This document shows positions 27,474-35,505 of a stretch of DNA of 43,522 nucleotides, one piece after another; positions within the stretch are counted from its first letter, which is position 1; each line of letters begins with the position of its first letter. The notes under the pieces were generated by a model that had not been told where the DNA came from, did not search any database, and saw nothing but the letters and a program-made list of their open reading frames with translations. Both the position numbers and the translations under genes were made by a program. Where the stretch lies: contig CAZKOE010000001.1 of NCBI GenBank assembly GCA_964554305.1, forward strand, positions 3,572 through 47,093, read 5' to 3'. Origin of the DNA: an uncultured Gammaproteobacteria bacterium. GTDB taxonomy: Bacteria > Pseudomonadota > Gammaproteobacteria > JAKDMP01.

Positions 27474-28127
27474 TCAAGCGGCCTTTTTGCCGTGACTCTT
27501 CCCTGACTGCGCGATGAAAGGGGCATCGCGCAGACCCTGTTGAGTACGGGAAACTTCATGGCCCGGGTTTTCCAGAGCCTGTACCATTACCAGCCGGCGG
27601 TCCTTCAACCGACTCGCCGATCCGCCGGCCTGATCGCGGACGAAGAGGCCAACATCCGACATGCGGCGGTTCTCCCGCCACGGCGCGATCAACGCTTCGC
27701 CCGATCGGGCCCAGGCGACGAACACTGACAGGGCGAACACAGCCAGAGACAGAGAGAACACGGCCAGGTTGACGGAGAATGGCGTGGGTAGCACGCCAAG
27801 GAGAACGTTAAAAAGTATTGCGAGCCCCTGGAGCGCCGCGGAGCATACGGCCGCAAGCGCGGTCATCCCGGGCGCAATTCGTGTCACGGACGGCAACAGC
27901 ACGCCCAGGTCGGCGGCCAGATCCACGCCGCCGACAAACTTTAAAAGTACTGCGGGCATATGACCTGCCCAAGGGGCTATCGCCAAAATCTGCGTCACGG
28001 GCAAAACAAGCACCGCAATGCCAATGGATAGATACGCTCCGGCCAGCAGCAGTTGTGCGAGCCACAGCCCAGCCCGCAAAGGCAGCCTTCTGTCAGAAGA
28101 AAAATTGCTTTCGTTAATGCTACTCAT
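27474..28127 (-). CDS. DoxX-like membrane protein with a ~75-aa C-terminal tail; copy 1
   Basis: The core [46 protein letters not shown]...FVAWARS has the DoxX-type 4-TM pattern. The RBS/start block GGAGATGCAATCATG is conserved in all 3 copies. Confidence 0.75.
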   Translation of the reverse strand: MSSINESNFSSDRRLPLRAGLWLAQLLLAGAYLSIGIAVLVLPVTQILAIAPWAGHMPAVLLKFVGGVDLAADLGVLLPSVTRIAPGMTALAAVCSAALQGLAILFNVLLGVLPTPFSVNLAVFSLSLAVFALSVFVAWARSGEALIAPWRENRRMSDVGLFVRDQAGGSASRLKDRRLVMVQALENPGHEVSRTQQGLRDAPFIAQSGKSHGKKAA

Positions 28128-28183
28128 GATTGCATCTCCTCGATTTCACTACACGGTGCGTCGCGATCTGTGACAGCACCCAT

Positions 28184-28880
28184 TCATGCCCACCGGCCGA
28201 CGTCTTCGAACGACAGCCGTGGGCTGCGCGGAAACGGTGTGCCGGGTTTTCCATATCCAAGGCTGCAGATGAAATTGGATTGGATATGTGTGCCGGCAAA
28301 AAACTCGTGATCGACACCCGCCTTGTCGAAGCCGGACATGGGTCCGCAGTCGAGACCCAGCGCGCGCTGCGAGAATGAGGTAGGCACCTTGCAGGCTGCT
28401 GTTGCGTTTCGCCGTTTCTTCCGCCATGCCCGGTTGCTCGAAGTACGCGCGCATCTGCTCGCCGCGCGCCGGAAACAACCGCGGCATCGTCTCCGGGAAC
28501 GCAAGGTCGTAGCCGATGATCACCGTGACGGGAGCTGCCAGGATCTTGGGCTGGTTGGCACCCATCGCCAGCGCCGCCAACTTCGCCTTGCCTTCGGCAC
28601 TTTTCACCCACACGAATCGCGCCGGGCTGCTGTTGGAAGCGGTCGGCGCCCATTTCAGCAGATCGTAAAGCGCGTGAACGGTTTGATCATCGACGTCCCG
28701 GGAACTCCACTCGTTGTAGGTTCTCGCTTGCCGAAACAGCTGATCCAGAGATGCAGCGGGTAATGCGCTTTTCGTGGTGACACGGGAATGCGGAGGTACA
28801 CGGCTCGGGAGTACGGCGGTTGGGCGGCGACTGACCGAGGTGCCGCTCGAGATGCCGGCGTCAAGCTGTAGAAGTTTCAT
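28184..28880 (-). pseudogene. RutE-like nitroreductase (malonic semialdehyde reductase family) with a 1-nt frameshift
   Basis: The N-terminal frame reads LDQLFRQARTYNEW...LKWAPTASNSSPARFVWV...[22 protein letters not shown]. The continuation [21 protein letters not shown]...PRLSFEDV-stop lies in another frame (ORF 28184..28504). The frames switch inside the GCGCGCGC run at 28360..28367. Confidence 0.75.
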
Positions 28881-28989
28881 ATCTGTCCTCGTGAATAAAA
28901 GTGGTACAGCACCTATGATGAGCCCTTTCGTTGCATTTGGGAAGACGATAAAATGAGATTCAATCTATCTGTATTTGAGATGGATACCA

Positions 28990-29037
28990 ATGCTGGACGG
29001 CGTTTCACTGGATCAACTCAGGACCTTCATCGCGGCG
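28990..29037 (+). pseudogene. 5' stub of a LysR-family regulator gene (first ~16 codons)
   Basis: ATG 28990 gives MLDGVSLDQLRTFIAA, a canonical LysR N-terminus. The reading frame then loses LysR character and stops at 29115. It is divergent from the nitroreductase start. Confidence 0.45.
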
Positions 29038-29109
29038 AGCGCGGGGAACGAAACAGAAGGCAGATGGTGGGACCGACTCATCTTCCTTGGTCCCAATATC
29101 TCCCTTACG

Positions 29110-29463
29110 CAGTAGCGCGAGACCGGGGGTAACCGGCAAGGGACGATCGGTGCCTGCGAGCGTCTTGCCCAATGCCTCGATGGCACGCCGGTCCAGTTCG
29201 CTGTTTTCCGCGAACTTCGAGAAGTCGTGGTTGAAAGCCGTGTGGATTACGGCGTCGGCGGTGGCCGCTCCGCCGCGCAAGCTGTCGAGATCTTCGAGCG
29301 ATCCGCGGAACACCTCGGCACCGGTAGCCGCCGGAGTTTTGGCTTTCTCGTCAGAGCGGGCGATGCCAATCACCTGGTGCCCCGCATCGAGCAATTCCTT
29401 CACGACGGCCGAGCCGATGAAACCTGTAGCAAAACCTGTAGCAACTGTTACAAAAATACGCAT
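29110..29463 (-). pseudogene. 5' fragment (~118 codons) of an epimerase-like SDR paralogous to 26539..27432
   Basis: [36 protein letters not shown]...[23 protein letters not shown]...LALL aligns with the intact paralog, then diverges. The NAD motif is disrupted by a 12-bp tandem duplication. Confidence 0.7.
29421..29444. repeat. Perfect 12-bp tandem duplication AACCTGTAGCAA x2
   Basis: Read directly from the sequence. It adds 4 codons within the glycine-rich Rossmann motif of the SDR fragment (VTVATGFATGFIG versus VTGATGFIG). Confidence 0.85.
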
Positions 29464-29580
29464 AACACAATCTCCATGTTTTATTTCACGATGAAAAAAG
29501 GCATCTTACAAACCCTGTCGAAGATGGAGAGCCGCGCTGCAGCGGCTTCTCCTATCCAATGCGGTGGGTATAGTCCCGAC

Positions 29581-30339
29581 CTACAAAAACATGCCGCCGG
29601 AGGCCTCGATGCGCTGAGCGTTGACCCAGCGACTCTCCGGCGACAAAAGCGAAGCGATGAGCCCGCCAATGTCGTCCGGTCGGCCCGCACGGCCCAACGC
29701 CGTTACCGAAGCCATCTGGTCATTCATGTCCTTGTTGTCGCGCACGATGCCGCCGCCGAAGTCCGTTTCGATGGCGCCCGGTGCAAGGGTGTTCACGGCA
29801 ATGCCGCGCGGCCCCAATTCCCTGGCGAGGTAACGGGTCAGCACTTCCACGCCGCCTTTCATCATGGCGTAGGCGCTGAAATTGGGCACCGAGAATCGGG
29901 TCAGGCCCGATGACACATTCAGAATGCGTCCTCCATCCGCCAGTAACGGTAGCAACGCCTGGGTCAAAAAGAATGGGCCTTTCAGATGAGTGCGCATCAA
30001 TTCATCGAACTGCGCTTCAGTCGTGTCGGAAAAAGGTTCGTACACCCCCATTCCGGCGTTGTTGACCAGGTAATCGAATCGTTCCCGTTGCCAGTGTTCG
30101 GCAAGGACGCCACGGACCGTATTTGCAAAGGCGGCGAACGAACTGCTGTCACCGACATCCAGTTGCAGCGCCACCGCCTTGCGACCAGCATGCCGTATTT
30201 GCTCAGCGGTTTCGTCCGCTGCTTCCGCATTACTGCGGTAGGTCAGAATGATGTCTGCACCGCTCGCGGCCAGCTTGAGCGCGGCATTACGTCCCAAACC
30301 GCGGCTGCCGCCGGTGATCAAAGCTATCGGGTTACTCAT
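29581..30339 (-). CDS. Classical short-chain dehydrogenase/reductase
   Basis: ALITGGSRGLG, LVNNAGM, YAMMK. ATG 30339 with GAGGAA upstream; the ORF-track start at 30504 is non-homologous. Confidence 0.9.
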   Translation of the reverse strand: MSNPIALITGGSRGLGRNAALKLAASGADIILTYRSNAEAADETAEQIRHAGRKAVALQLDVGDSSSFAAFANTVRGVLAEHWQRERFDYLVNNAGMGVYEPFSDTTEAQFDELMRTHLKGPFFLTQALLPLLADGGRILNVSSGLTRFSVPNFSAYAMMKGGVEVLTRYLARELGPRGIAVNTLAPGAIETDFGGGIVRDNKDMNDQMASVTALGRAGRPDDIGGLIASLLSPESRWVNAQRIEASGGMFL

Positions 30340-30961
30340 TGCAAAATTTCCTCTGTATTTGCGCGCGATGAAAAGAGGCACCGCGCATACCCCGATGAAT
30401 TTGCAAGCCCGTACTGCCGGGAATTGCCTGGCTTTGTGTCGTTGAACGGCGTCGCGACGGCGTTCGTCTTTTGGGCTTTTCAGGGCGCCCACCACCGAAG
30501 ACATCGAAGTCCGACATGCGCCGAGCCTGCCCTCGCGAAGCGATCGGCATCCTGGTCGACCTACCCCAGGCGACGAACAACGACAAGGCGAGCACGGCCA
30601 GGTTGACGAGAAGCGGTGCTGGCAATGTGCCGATGAGCGCGTGCGAAAGTATTGACAGCGCCTGGAGCGCCGCCGAGCACAGCGCCGTCACCACCGTCAA
30701 CCCGGGTGCGATCCGGGTCACGGAGGGCAGCAACATACCCAGACCAGCGGCGAGGTCCACGCCGCCGATGAACTTCAATAGCAGCGCGGGCATGTATCCT
30801 GACCAGGGCAGGATTGCCGCAAGCTCCGGCTCGGGCAGGAAAATCACAGCCAGACCACTGGCCAGATATAAACCGGCGAGGATCAGTTGACTGAGCCACA
30901 GACCGGCCGGCAGGAGCAGTTCGCCGGCAACGGAATAATTGCTTTCTTCAATGCTTTTCAT
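30332..30961 (-). CDS. DoxX-like membrane protein with C-terminal tail; copy 2
   Basis: It is paralogous to 27474..28127 ([40 protein letters not shown]...). Its stop overlaps the next gene's ATG by 8 nt. Confidence 0.75.
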   Translation of the reverse strand: MKSIEESNYSVAGELLLPAGLWLSQLILAGLYLASGLAVIFLPEPELAAILPWSGYMPALLLKFIGGVDLAAGLGMLLPSVTRIAPGLTVVTALCSAALQALSILSHALIGTLPAPLLVNLAVLALSLFVAWGRSTRMPIASRGQARRMSDFDVFGGGRPEKPKRRTPSRRRSTTQSQAIPGSTGLQIHRGMRGASFHRAQIQRKFCNE

Positions 30962-31003
30962 GATTGCATCTCCTTTGAGTTTCCAAGACCCGCGACAGGC
31001 TAC

Positions 31004-32542
31004 TTACTTGTTCCGGGCGGAGGGTAGTGCACTCCCGCCCGATCTTTTCGCGAACCACACCACCCCGATCAGGACGAGGAAAATCCAGCCCGATAGCCAG
31101 TAGAAGTCGTTGGTCGCGAGCATGAAGGACTGTTGGCTGATCGTGTGCGCCAGTTCGGCAAGCGTTGCCTGCGTACTTGCCCCGAGTTCCTTCAGCGTGT
31201 CGAAAATCGGGGCGGTGAAGGGGCTGTGCGTGGCGGCGACCGCGGACAGGTGTGCATCGTGCAGCGCCTCGCGCTGATCCCAAATCGTCACGCTGATGGA
31301 GGCGCCGAAAGCCCCGGCGAGTATGCGCATGAAGTTGAACAGGCCCGATGCGCCGGCAACACGTTCCGGCGGCAAACCGGCGACCGACAAGGCGGTCAGG
31401 GAAATGAAGAACATGGGTACGCCGGCGCTGAAAATGAGGCGTGGAATCATCAGCTGCGTGAGATCCACGTTCATCGCGAAGCCGGAAACCCAGAAGGATA
31501 CGGCGGCAAATATCACGAATGCCACTGTCACCAATAATCTCGGATCGAAGCGGCGCATCAGGCGGCCCATCATCGGCGAGACCACCACCGCCAGCAAACC
31601 GAGCGGCGCCGTAGCGATGCCCGCCCAGGTGGCCGTATAACCCATCTGGGTTTGCAGCCAGAGGGGGAATATGAGGATGTTTCCGAAGATGGCCATGTAA
31701 CCCAAGCTAATGGCCAGCGTAGCAACCGTGAAATTACGTCGCCCGAACAGTTTCAAATCCACCACCGGGTTCTCCGCCGTCAATTCCCAGACCACGAAAG
31801 CGCTCAGCGCCACCACGGCGATTACCGCCAGCCAGCATATGAAAGGCGAGGAAAACCAGGCGAGATCGTTACCCTTGGCGAGCATGATTTCCAGACCCGT
31901 GACCCCGATGGCCAATAGGGCGAGCCCCGTCTTGTCCAAAGGTCGTGACTCCTTCGCCGTTTCGCGACCGCGCAGAAGAGATGCAGTGATCGCGACCGCA
32001 ATCAAACCGAGCGGTACGTTGATGAAAAAGCACCAGCGCCAGCTGTAGTCGTCGGTGAGCAGGCCGCCCAAGACAGGGCCCACAACGGGTGCAACCACCG
32101 CAATCATGCCCCAGATGGACAGCGCCGTGCCCTGCTTTTCCGGCGGGTAGTTTTTCATCAGCAGGCTTTGCGAAAGCGGAATCATGGGGCCCGCCACGGC
32201 GCCCTGCAGTACTCGGAACACGACCAGCATTGGAAGCGACGTCGAAAGCCCGCACAGCAGGGAAAAGATCGAGAACAACAACGTCGCGACGAGAAACAGG
32301 CGCACTTCCCCAAAGCGTTTCCCGAGCCAGCCGGTCACCGGCAGTGCAATGGCAAGGCTGACCATGAAGGAGGTGATCACCCAGGTACCCTGGTCGGGAC
32401 TGACCGCGAGATTGCCCGCAATCGACGGAATCGCGACGTTCGCGATCGAGGTGTCGAGGATCTCCATGAACAGGCCGAGCGATACCCCGATCGTGAGCAG
32501 TACGAGCCTGCCGCCGGTGATCGGCGGATGCTTAGTTTCCAT
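31004..32542 (-). CDS. emrB: MFS drug efflux permease, DHA2 (EmrB/QacA) family
   Basis: METKHPPITGGRLVLLTIGVSLGLFMEILDTSIANVAIPSIAGNL with 14-TM-like length. ATG 32542 overlaps the emrA stop by 11 nt; the ORF-track start at 32722 is arginine-rich and non-homologous. Confidence 0.9.
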   Translation of the reverse strand: METKHPPITGGRLVLLTIGVSLGLFMEILDTSIANVAIPSIAGNLAVSPDQGTWVITSFMVSLAIALPVTGWLGKRFGEVRLFLVATLLFSIFSLLCGLSTSLPMLVVFRVLQGAVAGPMIPLSQSLLMKNYPPEKQGTALSIWGMIAVVAPVVGPVLGGLLTDDYSWRWCFFINVPLGLIAVAITASLLRGRETAKESRPLDKTGLALLAIGVTGLEIMLAKGNDLAWFSSPFICWLAVIAVVALSAFVVWELTAENPVVDLKLFGRRNFTVATLAISLGYMAIFGNILIFPLWLQTQMGYTATWAGIATAPLGLLAVVVSPMMGRLMRRFDPRLLVTVAFVIFAAVSFWVSGFAMNVDLTQLMIPRLIFSAGVPMFFISLTALSVAGLPPERVAGASGLFNFMRILAGAFGASISVTIWDQREALHDAHLSAVAATHSPFTAPIFDTLKELGASTQATLAELAHTISQQSFMLATNDFYWLSGWIFLVLIGVVWFAKRSGGSALPSARNK

Positions 32543-33779
32543 TCGTGGTTCCGTTTTCCGGCTTGGCGCGGGAAGCCACCGCGACGGCCTTCCCCGCCGT
32601 ACCGGCCAGGTTGTTGTGGATGATCGCCGCGACGAGTTGGTTCGCCCCGGCGGTCTGGTCCTTGTAGACCGACGTTTTGTAGCGGCCCGGATCCACGATC
32701 GCTTCGCCGCTGACGCTTCCACCTCCGGTGCCGATGTCGACGGTCACGTTCATGGATAGGCCGATGCGCAGGGGGTGATGTGCGAGGTCGGATTTCGATA
32801 TCCCGATGCGCACCGGCACGCGTTGCACGACCTTGATCCAGTTGCCGGTCGCGTTTTGCGGCGGCAGCAACGAGAAGGCGCTGCCGGTTCCCGCCCCGAT
32901 GCCGATCACCCGGCCGTTGAAGATCACGGAACCGCCGTACACGTCGGCGTGCATGGTCACGGGCTGGCCGATCCGGATGCTGCCGAGATCGGTTTCCTTG
33001 AAATTGGCCACGACCCAGAGTTGATCGATGGGCACGATCGCCATCAGTGCATCGCCGGGGCCTACATCCTCGCCAAGCTGCACGCTGCGCTTGGCAACGT
33101 AGCCCGATACCGGCGCGACGATGCGGGTCCTCTTCAACGCCAGCCAGGCGTCGCGAACCTGGGCGGCCGCGAGCCGCACTTGCGGATTGTCGGCGATGCT
33201 GTTTCCCTTCAATCGGGCACGAACGCTGCGCAACGCCTGTTTCGCGGCCTCCAGGCTGCGCTTGTCCACAGCCACGAGTGTGGCGCTGTGCTCGAGTTTC
33301 TTGGTCGAGTAATAGCCCTGCTTGTGCAGCGCCTCGGCACGCGAGTGGTCGCGCCTGGCCAATTCGAGTGTCGCGCGCTGTTTCGCAACCTGGGCCTGTA
33401 ACTGCTTTTCGGTGGCATGCAGCGCGTCGATCTGGCGGACCTCGGCGGCCAGCCGTGCCTTCGCCTGCTGCAGGGCGATGCGCGCCTTGCTGTCGTCGAG
33501 CCGGACCAGCACCTGGCCGCGATGAACCCGTGTCGTATCGTCGGCCAGCACTGCGACCACCGTGCCTTTCTCCTGGGGCATGATCGCGACGCGGTTGCCA
33601 GCAACATAGGCGTCGTCGGTAGACTGCTCATAGCGCCCGACCGCCGCCCAATAAACGCCGTAGATAGTGCCGGCAACGAGGAATATCGCCGCCAGGCTTC
33701 CGAGCGCAATGCGGCGCCGGCGCTTGCGCGGATCGGTTTTCTTCTCCGGCTTGTTTTCGGAATGTTCTTCCTCACTCAT
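32532..33779 (-). CDS. emrA: HlyD/EmrA-family membrane fusion protein
   Basis: N-terminal TM (IALGSLAAIFLVAGTIYGVYW), QSTDDAYVAGN, a long coiled coil, and a C-terminal beta-barrel (NATGNWIKVVQRVPVRI). Confidence 0.9.
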   Translation of the reverse strand: MSEEEHSENKPEKKTDPRKRRRRIALGSLAAIFLVAGTIYGVYWAAVGRYEQSTDDAYVAGNRVAIMPQEKGTVVAVLADDTTRVHRGQVLVRLDDSKARIALQQAKARLAAEVRQIDALHATEKQLQAQVAKQRATLELARRDHSRAEALHKQGYYSTKKLEHSATLVAVDKRSLEAAKQALRSVRARLKGNSIADNPQVRLAAAQVRDAWLALKRTRIVAPVSGYVAKRSVQLGEDVGPGDALMAIVPIDQLWVVANFKETDLGSIRIGQPVTMHADVYGGSVIFNGRVIGIGAGTGSAFSLLPPQNATGNWIKVVQRVPVRIGISKSDLAHHPLRIGLSMNVTVDIGTGGGSVSGEAIVDPGRYKTSVYKDQTAGANQLVAAIIHNNLAGTAGKAVAVASRAKPENGTTNGN

Positions 33780-33809
33780 TTCCGTTCTCCATATGTAAAT
33801 ACTTAATAG

Positions 33810-33825
33810 TTGACTATTTAGTCAA
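33810..33825. promoter_or_regulatory. Perfect palindrome TTGACTA-TT-TAGTCAA; candidate TetR operator upstream of emrA
   Basis: It lies in the 88-bp AT-rich gap between the TetR stop (33868) and the emrA start (33779). The motif ATAGTTGACTATTT recurs upstream of the tetR gene. Confidence 0.6.
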
Positions 33826-33867
33826 GTTATTGAGAAAAAAAGAGAAAATGCCGTCGCATCGGCTCTT

Positions 33868-34491
33868 TTACTCCGGCTCACGGTCCGTAATCGGCTGTCG
33901 GGCTCCGAGCAGGCGCAGCACCTGTCCGTAAACTTCGCGCAGCGGTTCCGGGTCGTTGTGTACGCGCGACCGGGCCAGTGCTCCCTCCAGGAGCGTGTAA
34001 ACGCCTTGCGCGGCATCTTCCACGCTGGATATATCCACCAGACCTTCTGCCTGTGCATCCCGGATTGCGGTCTCGAGATACTTGTGTTTGCGCTTCAGGT
34101 AGCGTTGCGAAGCGTGCCAGACCTCCGGATCCAACCCGCCACTTTCCATGCCGAGACTGAAGAAAGGGCAGCCCAACATGCAGCCCAGGGTCTTGCTTTC
34201 CTCCAACTGACGCTGGTAGAGCATTTCAAAGTAGCGCCTCAGCCGCTCCAGCGGTGGAGTGTTCGCGGAAAAGACCGCTTCCATGGCGGGTTTGCTCCTC
34301 GTCTGCCAGGCGTTTTCCATGGCGGCAATGGCAAGCGCGGCCTTCGACTCGAAGAAATAGTAGAAACTGCCCTTTTTGACGCCCGCACGCTCGCAGATGG
34401 CGTCCACCGTCACCGCGTTGTACCCTTTCTGCCAGGTCAACTCGGTGGAGGCCGCCATCAGGCGTTCTCTGGCGTCACTCGTTCTACCCAT
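33868..34491 (-). CDS. TetR/AcrR-family transcriptional regulator
   Basis: The HTH is TVDAICERAGVKKGSFYYFFESKAAL. The gene lies immediately upstream of emrAB on the same strand. Confidence 0.9.
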   Translation of the reverse strand: MGRTSDARERLMAASTELTWQKGYNAVTVDAICERAGVKKGSFYYFFESKAALAIAAMENAWQTRSKPAMEAVFSANTPPLERLRRYFEMLYQRQLEESKTLGCMLGCPFFSLGMESGGLDPEVWHASQRYLKRKHKYLETAIRDAQAEGLVDISSVEDAAQGVYTLLEGALARSRVHNDPEPLREVYGQVLRLLGARQPITDREPE

Positions 34492-34504
34492 GGCTTCATT
34501 ATAG

Positions 34505-34520
34505 TTGACTATTTGGTAAA
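34505..34520. promoter_or_regulatory. Second copy of the TTGACTA-TT half-site motif (TTGACTATTTGGTAAA) upstream of the tetR start
   Basis: ATAGTTGACTATTT is identical to the emrA-proximal site. The right half is degenerate (2 mismatches). It lies 14-30 nt upstream of the ATG at 34491. Confidence 0.5.
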
Positions 34521-34615
34521 TTTCAAGTGCCGGCCTGAAACTCGTCTGATGGCGCTTGCTCGGCCCGAATCCAACACCGCCGGTACCATTTCGGGCTCGG
34601 CGCGTGCTGCATGCT

Positions 34616-34966
34616 TCAATGCCGGGTGAACTTGTCGCCCGCAGGGTTCATCTCGACACCGAGCGTGAAGGTGCGCCGTTCTCCGGGCTGCATCGCACCG
34701 ACGCCGACCAGCCGCCGCGCAATTTCCTCGCCGCGTTCGTTGCGGATGGTCAGCACCATCGAGTACTCCCAGGCGTCGCTGTCGGCGGGGTTGCGGAAAC
34801 TGCCCTCGACGCGCAGTGGCGTCAGTGCGGCGGGTGCGGCGATGCCGCCGGCCGGGTTGCTGAAGCGCAGCAGGTGCTTGCACGCCGGGCAGGCGGCGGC
34901 GCTTTCCAGAATCGTCTCGTGACAGTGCGGACAGGTACGTGTCGCGCCCGCGTGCGACACGGTCAC
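34616..34966 (-). CDS. Small zinc-ribbon protein (CPHC-x10-CPAC); copy 2
   Basis: 116-aa paralog of 10275..10631. Its ATG overlaps the bactofilin stop by 4 nt, as in copy 1. Confidence 0.7.
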   Translation of the reverse strand: MTVSHAGATRTCPHCHETILESAAACPACKHLLRFSNPAGGIAAPAALTPLRVEGSFRNPADSDAWEYSMVLTIRNERGEEIARRLVGVGAMQPGERRTFTLGVEMNPAGDKFTRH

Positions 34967-35505
34967 TTATCCGGGCCGTTACCGCCGGCGTGACTGTTGC
35001 CCTTGTGAATTTCGGCAACGTTGCCCTTGTCGTCTTCCCAGCCGAATTCGGTCTGTCCGCGCATTTTCGAGCCCTTGGCGACGCTGAAGGTCCTGGATTT
35101 CACGTCGCCGGTCAGGGCGCCAGTCTGCATCAGTTCGACGTGCTCTGCCGTTTCGATGTTGCCGGTCAGCTCGCCGGCGATCGTCACGCGTTCCGCGCGT
35201 ACGCTGCCCTCGACCCGGGCGCCGTCCTCGATGGTGAGGTCGCCGCGCACGTTGATATCGCCCTTGAACCGGCCGGCGATGTGCACGTGGCCGGCGCCCT
35301 CGATTTTGCCCTCGATCACGAGGTCGGGCGCGATGTGCGACTCGGAGTCGGATTTCGCGGCAGTGCGCGTGGCTGCCGTGGAGCGAGCGGAAGACTTGGC
35401 GGGAATGGGGTTCCCGGCTGGATCGGACGAGCCGAAGCTGGTCCGCTCGCTCGGATTCGGCGGCGGAGACGAGGGGGATTTCTCGGGTTCTTTCCATAGG
35501 GCCAT
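34963..35505 (-). CDS. Bactofilin; copy 2
   Basis: 180 aa. The beta-helix core is nearly identical to copy 1, while the N-terminal S/P-rich tail has diverged with indels. Confidence 0.85.
   Translation of the reverse strand: MALWKEPEKSPSSPPPNPSERTSFGSSDPAGNPIPAKSSARSTAATRTAAKSDSESHIAPDLVIEGKIEGAGHVHIAGRFKGDINVRGDLTIEDGARVEGSVRAERVTIAGELTGNIETAEHVELMQTGALTGDVKSRTFSVAKGSKMRGQTEFGWEDDKGNVAEIHKGNSHAGGNGPDK

Noticed and set aside
27505-27531. A perfect 10-bp hairpin CTGCGCGATG-aaaggg-CATCGCGCAG inside the DoxX copy 1 tail, considered as a terminator or RNA element conserved in all three copies.
   Set aside because: Copy 2 keeps only an imperfect stem. Copy 3 has the two halves as direct rather than inverted repeats. 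The region is conserved at the peptide level (R-D/G-A/S-P/S-F), so coding constraint explains it better than RNA structure.
28149-28183. The extension of the nitroreductase ORF-track entry down to 28149.
   Set aside because: This is the out-of-frame read-through after the frameshift. The family-conserved C-terminus ends at 28184 in the other frame.
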